A stretch of 60,670 bases of DNA, counting the filler, from Thelocarpon superellum (Eukaryota): assembly GCA_026025795.1 (NCBI GenBank). It is 3 parts of 3 records of this genome, joined end to end, with 100 filler letters (N's around TTAATTAATTAA, not from the genome) between each part and the next. Parts side by side here need not be neighbours in the genome. Positions count along the whole stretch, not along the records: positions 40,544 to 60,670 come from JAPEUG010000332.1; 2 more parts are not named here. The stretch is one strand, 5' to 3'. Under the pieces are notes generated by a model that searched no databases, was not told where the DNA came from, and saw nothing but the letters and a program-made list of their open reading frames with translations. A program made the translations under genes and the position numbers. Below, piece by piece: positions 55,975-60,670 of the stretch (position 1 is its first letter; every line of letters begins with the position of its first letter).

Positions 55975-56848
55975 ATGCGTACCTACGATGATACGTTCAG
56001 CGGGACCAAGATCTATCCTGGCAAGGTATTTACCCCACGGACCCACCTGAATACACCACTCTCGATATCACCACGATCTCTCATTTGTCCTACGCAAGAC
56101 GCGAGAATCTGGATCAAGACGCGCAAGGAGAGGCAGGGCAGGAGATGGAAAGACAAGGCAACGCTAAGAAAGAAAGATGAGCTGATTCTGGTGATTCTGT
56201 CGCGAAATAGGGAAAACTCTACATCCGGGGCGACAGTAAGATCTTTCGATTCCAGAACGGTAAATCCGAGAGCTTGTTCCTCCAGCGAAAGAACCCGCGC
56301 CGAATCGCATGGACTGTTTTGTTCCGCCGTCAGCACAAGAAGGGTATCTCCGAGGTGCGTGACCATCTCTCTCTCTCTCTCTCTCTGTGCTCCCCTCCCT
56401 CCTCCCTCTGTATATATTCGATCTACACCTGCTCCACTCCATTCTCCCGTCACGTCATCCATCCCCCAGACCCCAATCGCCTCTTCTCACCACCACTACT
56501 TCAAACTCCCCCCCCTTGTCCTCATGCATCGCTGATTTCGTCTTCAATCAAAAGGAAGTAGCCAAAAAGCGGACGCGACGAACGGTAAAGCACCAGCGGG
56601 CCATCGTCGGCGCTTCTCTAGACGTGATCAAGGAACGGCGGACACAACGGCCGGAAGCGCGCGCCGCGGCGCGCCAGGCGGCCATCAAGGAAGGCAAGGA
56701 CAAGAAGAGCGCGGCCGAGAGCAAGAAGAAGGCCGACAAGGCCAAGTCGGCCGCGGGCGCCGCCAAAGGCCAGGCTGTCGGGTCGCGTATCCAGAGCAAA
56801 CAGGGTGCAAAGGGCGCGCCGATGAAGGCTAGCGCCAAGTCTCGTTGA
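55975..56848 (+). CDS. RPL24: 60S ribosomal protein eL24 (162 aa); exons 55975-56025, 56211-56354, 56555-56848
   Basis: [41 protein letters not shown] and [15 protein letters not shown]. Confidence 0.97.
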
Positions 56849-57199
56849 ACCTGCTTTGACTCTGTTGTCTTCTTGTCTCACGGATACGGATACGGAGAGA
56901 GAGAGAGGGAGGGTGAATCAATAAGCATTCGTGATTCTTATCCACGTGTGCGTGCATGTGTAGCGACGATGAAAGCCATCTTGCTTCTCTCCTGCCGTAG
57001 TCATGATACAGTGGAGTATCAAATTGAAGCGCGTATTGGAGCGAGGAATGAAGCACGGATGCCAAGAGAATGATCCTGCACCCTTTTTGCATCCTGCAAT
57101 CTTTTTCTCGTCCCGTGTCTCGTCTCTCTCCCTTCCTTTTACCACCTGGAATCTATTCGCTTTCCATTTCCCGTCCGCACGCCATCTTCCGTTGATCGT

Positions 57200-58720
57200 C
57201 TAGTAGTACCCCCCCTTGGGAAGAGCAACGAAAATCCCCGTGCAAATCGCCGTGATGACCAGGGCGCCTCCAATCGCCTGGAGGAAGATGGTGTCTTGAA
57301 TCTGCCGCAGGGCGGGCTCTTGGATCCACACTTCCCGATCCAGGATCTTCCGCAGGATGTTGCGGTTCTCGTACTTGGCCACCCATGGTTCATCCTCGTA
57401 GCTGTTGCTCGTACCAAACGTCTCCACTGACGCCTTGCCCATGTCCCAGTTGGTGCTGACGCTGTCGGAATCTTCAAACAGCTCCCAGGGTCGGAGATGA
57501 CGGTGGTGCATCCCGTGGAGGACCTGTTCATCATGAGACAAGGCCGGTCAATCGAGGACTACGTCACTCACCACACACATGCCCTTCCACGCTGCAATCA
57601 GAGTAGAGATCCCAATCATCCATCCGATCGCCGCCAACACTCGCCATCCACGGCCGGCGTGACTCAAGGTGATTAGGATTGCCGCGAGGGTACCGGCCAA
57701 GATGCCAAACAGCCCCAGGCCCCGAGCGAAGATTACCCGAGGTCGGTTGCCGTTGCAGATGGACCATCGAATGAAGTTTGGGTGCGCCTGCTGGCGGAGC
57801 GACCACTCCACCGTCTTTGCCACCGCGCGGAAGGCCGACGGGTGCGTCGTGTTCCGCAACGCATGAATTGTCGCGATCCGCTCGCGGGCCGAGATGTTGA
57901 GTTCCCGAGGAGCACCCTTGGCTAAGTAGGTCTCGATGATGCGAGACACCTCCTCCCGGAAGGGTTGAATCGTGACTATGCCGGTCAGTCTTGCACCCGT
58001 GGAAAGCAAGAGTGAACTCACATGGCTGCCACTTGCCGTCTGTCGTCTCAAACACCTTGGCCGCTTTGGTGTTATACGATTGCATTGACGCTTTGAGCGT
58101 CGAGTCGTCATCACTGGCCCCGGGTGTACCGTCACCAACCAGCGACCCCGTCGACTCGGGATTGGGTGTGCGAGGCGGGGTTACGGTGGTGTCCTCGTGA
58201 TGCTCCACCACCAGGGTCTTAATCCCCGTGGCAAAGTCCGTGCCTTTGAACATGGTCGTGGCCTCCGTGTTGGGATTCTCATTCCGAGGGACCTGGGCAT
58301 GCGCGGCTTGGTTGGCCGCTTCAGCCTGAATGGCCGTCCATTCTGGGGCGAGAGCTTTCTCGCTCGCAGGGATTTCCTCAAAGCGGCGGCAGTAGTCTCT
58401 GTGCCAAAGGAAGAACTGCAGGTTCTCCGCGGCCAGCTCAACATAGAGCAGGTAGTTCATGAAGTCTCGCGTGGTGCATGGCTACAAGCTGTCAGCTACC
58501 ACATGGCGAAGAGCGTTCAGCATCGGGCCAGACGTACCGGGCAGGTACCGCCCGAGATGATTCGATCAAAGGAGAGAGCGTCCGGGATACCCCTGGACAC
58601 ATTGGACTTTCCGGAGTAGAGGGAATTGTCGGCTGAGGCGACCTGCTCCGTCGACGTCACGCTGACAGGGCGGGAGAGAGAAACATGCTGGGGGCGACGG
58701 TACGTCACCGAGTATACCAT
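57200..58720 (-). CDS. RGS-domain protein with C-terminal transmembrane segments (Rax1/RgsB-like architecture, 456 aa); exons 58720-58538, 58481-58022, 57975-57572, 57523-57200
   Basis: Split RGS fold: DFMNYLLYVELAAENLQFFLW and IIETYLAKGAPRELNIS..AHPNF. Three hydrophobic segments near the C-terminus. Three canonical introns. Confidence 0.88.
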
Positions 58721-60670
58721 GATGGTGATGAGAGGAGATGAAGCCTTGAGGAAAGCCTTCAGCAAAGAGCGAGGGCAAGAGGTAGGCGCTGGCCAACGTA
58801 TATACGTGAGGATTGATGAAGACGTAGTCAAGAGGATGTATTGGGCTGCCCGGCCGGGTACTTGTACTTTTGGGTACAGGTGCCCTCCTTCCACCCGCCA
58901 GCGGTCCGCGGCAGTTTGTTCCTTCTACTCCGTCCTCATACGATTGACGATACGCGAGGGCAGCCTTTGCGTTTGACCTGACAGGGTCCAAGGTGCCTCG
59001 TCTCGAGAATCGGCTCGAGAGCACCAAGAGGCACCGAGAGAAAGAGCCAATAGCGACCGAGGCCGACCATTGACAGGTCACAACGCGCACGGGCGTACGA
59101 AGAGCCAGGATTGCTAGGAGACGGGGGCACGGGAGCAACGAGAAAACGACGCGGATTCTGCTGGTCGGGCCCGCGATTGACCCCGCCGGACCCGCGAAAG
59201 CCGGGGGAGGGTCCCTTCTCGGGCCGTGGGAGACAGGGGGGAGACAATGCATCAGCCTCAGCATGGACCTTGCTGGAGAAGAGAATACGGCATGATCACT
59301 CCTCCATGGACATGCCCGCCAAGGTGACTCGTCAGACTGTCAACAGTTGCAAGGCACGGTCGACGCCGGCATCTGCGTTAGTACGCTTCTGCTTAGGACG
59401 ACGTCCAGGATTTCTAGTCACTGCACGCTAACGCCACGCTTTCCAAGTCGTAGTCGCTTCAGCTCGTGCCCTCGAGCTGTGGTGTGGCCGCAAGCAGATG
59501 CCTGCAGGTCTCAGTGCGCACCAATACTCGTCGATACCCATCGTAATGGTCGACGCCGTTGCACAAGGACAAGGAAAATGTTGAGCCTCAAGCCATAGGC
59601 CCTAGGCGCAAGGTTTGGCCTTGCAGCCGTCCCTCCATCATCGATCGAGATGGGCGTGGATTGCCTAGCAGCTAGAAGAAGCCACTCATACGAGTACGCG
59701 TACCTGCCCTGGCAATTGACCTCGCTTGCTTGCCTAGTCCCGCTCGAGGGCAACTCTAACCCGGTGGCGTCGACGGCATGCCGGCAGCCATTTTCGGGGG
59801 TAAAGGAGGGGGACAGAAAAAAAGACACTCGATCGAGCCAGGGTTGGTGACGCAACGATGGAAAAGGCCGAAGATGATAGGATCAAGGTTGGCAAGCTCT
59901 CCCTGGCCCTGCAGAGCACGTCCGCCTCCCAAGCATTGAAGCCCGCTCTCGGCCGTCTGCGAGACTGCAAGGTTCCGTCTCTCCTAGATCCGTCGTCCGT
60001 TGGAGTGTCGGCCTCGCGTGCCTCGTCATTTAGCATCCGTCGAGGCTGGCGCGAAGGCACGCCTCGGTAGGGGTAAGCGATCAGGCCAGCCATCGGCGTT
60101 GCCACCGCGGGGACCGTGGCGTCCATCCAATCAGTCGCCTCGATTCAGGCCGGGAGATCGAGGATCGAACGCCTCTCGAAGAGCCTAGACCCGTCAACGC
60201 CGCTCTGGGTACTGGCGGAGAGTTCCGGAGAGTTCCGGAGAATAGGCCGGATTATGTTGTGTCACGCAACTTGAAGCTTGACGACGAGGAGCAGCGTGAG
60301 GCCTGGCTGTCACAGCCGACCACGCCCAGTATCTGATTGCATGTGTCGGAACTTGCGTGGTGTGGCCGGTCTCTTATCTGTCTGACTCTGAAGGGAGGGA
60401 AGAGAGGAAACATTGGTAGGAGCGATGCGTCGACTCTGCGTCTCCCGGTATCTCTAGGGTTGCCTTCGCGTCCGAGCGTCGGTCAACGCCGGTACCCTCA
60501 GCGCCCTCAGCAGTCCCGGCGCCTTCGATCCACGGTGGGGGGGTATAGTACTACTCGGACTGCGTTCCTGCGGCACAGATCGCATCTGAGCGAGGCGAAG
60601 TGAACCTGCTCGGCATCTGAAGCTCGTGCCGACGCTAATTTCACCACCCTGCCTTCTCCTGGCCGTGCCG

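Noticed and set aside
56026..56554. Long RPL24 introns (185 and 200 nt) as snoRNA hosts
   Set aside because: No RTGATGA/CTGA pair or H/ACA architecture seen. Intron 2 is mainly a CT microsatellite and pyrimidine tract.
60217..60243. 10-bp repeat CGGAGAGTTC x2.5 as a heat-shock element
   Set aside because: The GAA units are replaced by GAG and no target gene is visible nearby. More simply a short tandem duplication.
1..60670. tRNA, 5S rRNA, snRNA, TPP riboswitch, intact transposase/RT, and TGA-CTA readthrough to cryptic PTS1 signals
   Set aside because: GTTCRA-like hits (15041, 17817, 39577) lack cloverleaf context, no conserved RNA or TE protein motifs were seen, and the stop contexts I checked give no PTS1 extension. 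The scan was by eye only.

Overview
This is intron-rich fungal DNA from a filamentous ascomycete (Pezizomycotina-type genes; GT-AG introns mostly 45-75 nt with CTRAY branch points). It is not one locus. Two identical 100-nt linkers (44 N + TTAATTAATTAA + 44 N) join three segments of 20191, 20152 and 20127 nt, most likely length-sorted independent contigs. Segment 1 holds a conserved hypothetical gene, thioredoxin, an unknown 3-exon gene, a YMR226C/YdfG-type SDR, GMF/Aim7, a molybdopterin-binding/CinA-like (Fpy1-type) gene, an accessory-looking patch (4 x 32-bp dyad repeat array and two orphan ORFs), Ras1 and an orphan secreted protein. Segment 2 holds Kin28/CDK7, Fyv4/mS41, a DUF3074 START-like gene, a 1603-aa Pro/Gln-rich coiled-coil protein, a small orphan gene, a Zn-ADH and an NsdC-like zinc-finger factor. 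Segment 3 holds Hsp12, glutamate decarboxylase, a fasciclin, DUF1348, a Prx5/Ahp1-type peroxiredoxin, a hotdog thioesterase, Mtc5/WDR59, Ubc13, Rpl24 and an RGS-domain membrane protein. Gene models were spliced by hand and checked for frame; family names come from motif recognition, not database searches. The most notable signals are an AUG-less mitochondrial-presequence-like extension of thioredoxin (probable CUG start), similar weak-upstream/strong-downstream start pairs in two neighbouring genes, the palindromic 32-bp array with its orphan ORF pair, a probable GC-AG intron directly after the GMF start codon, and a possible alternatively spliced membrane anchor on the DUF3074 protein. I found no tRNA, rRNA, CRISPR array or intact transposon, and no multi-gene novel system that I can support.
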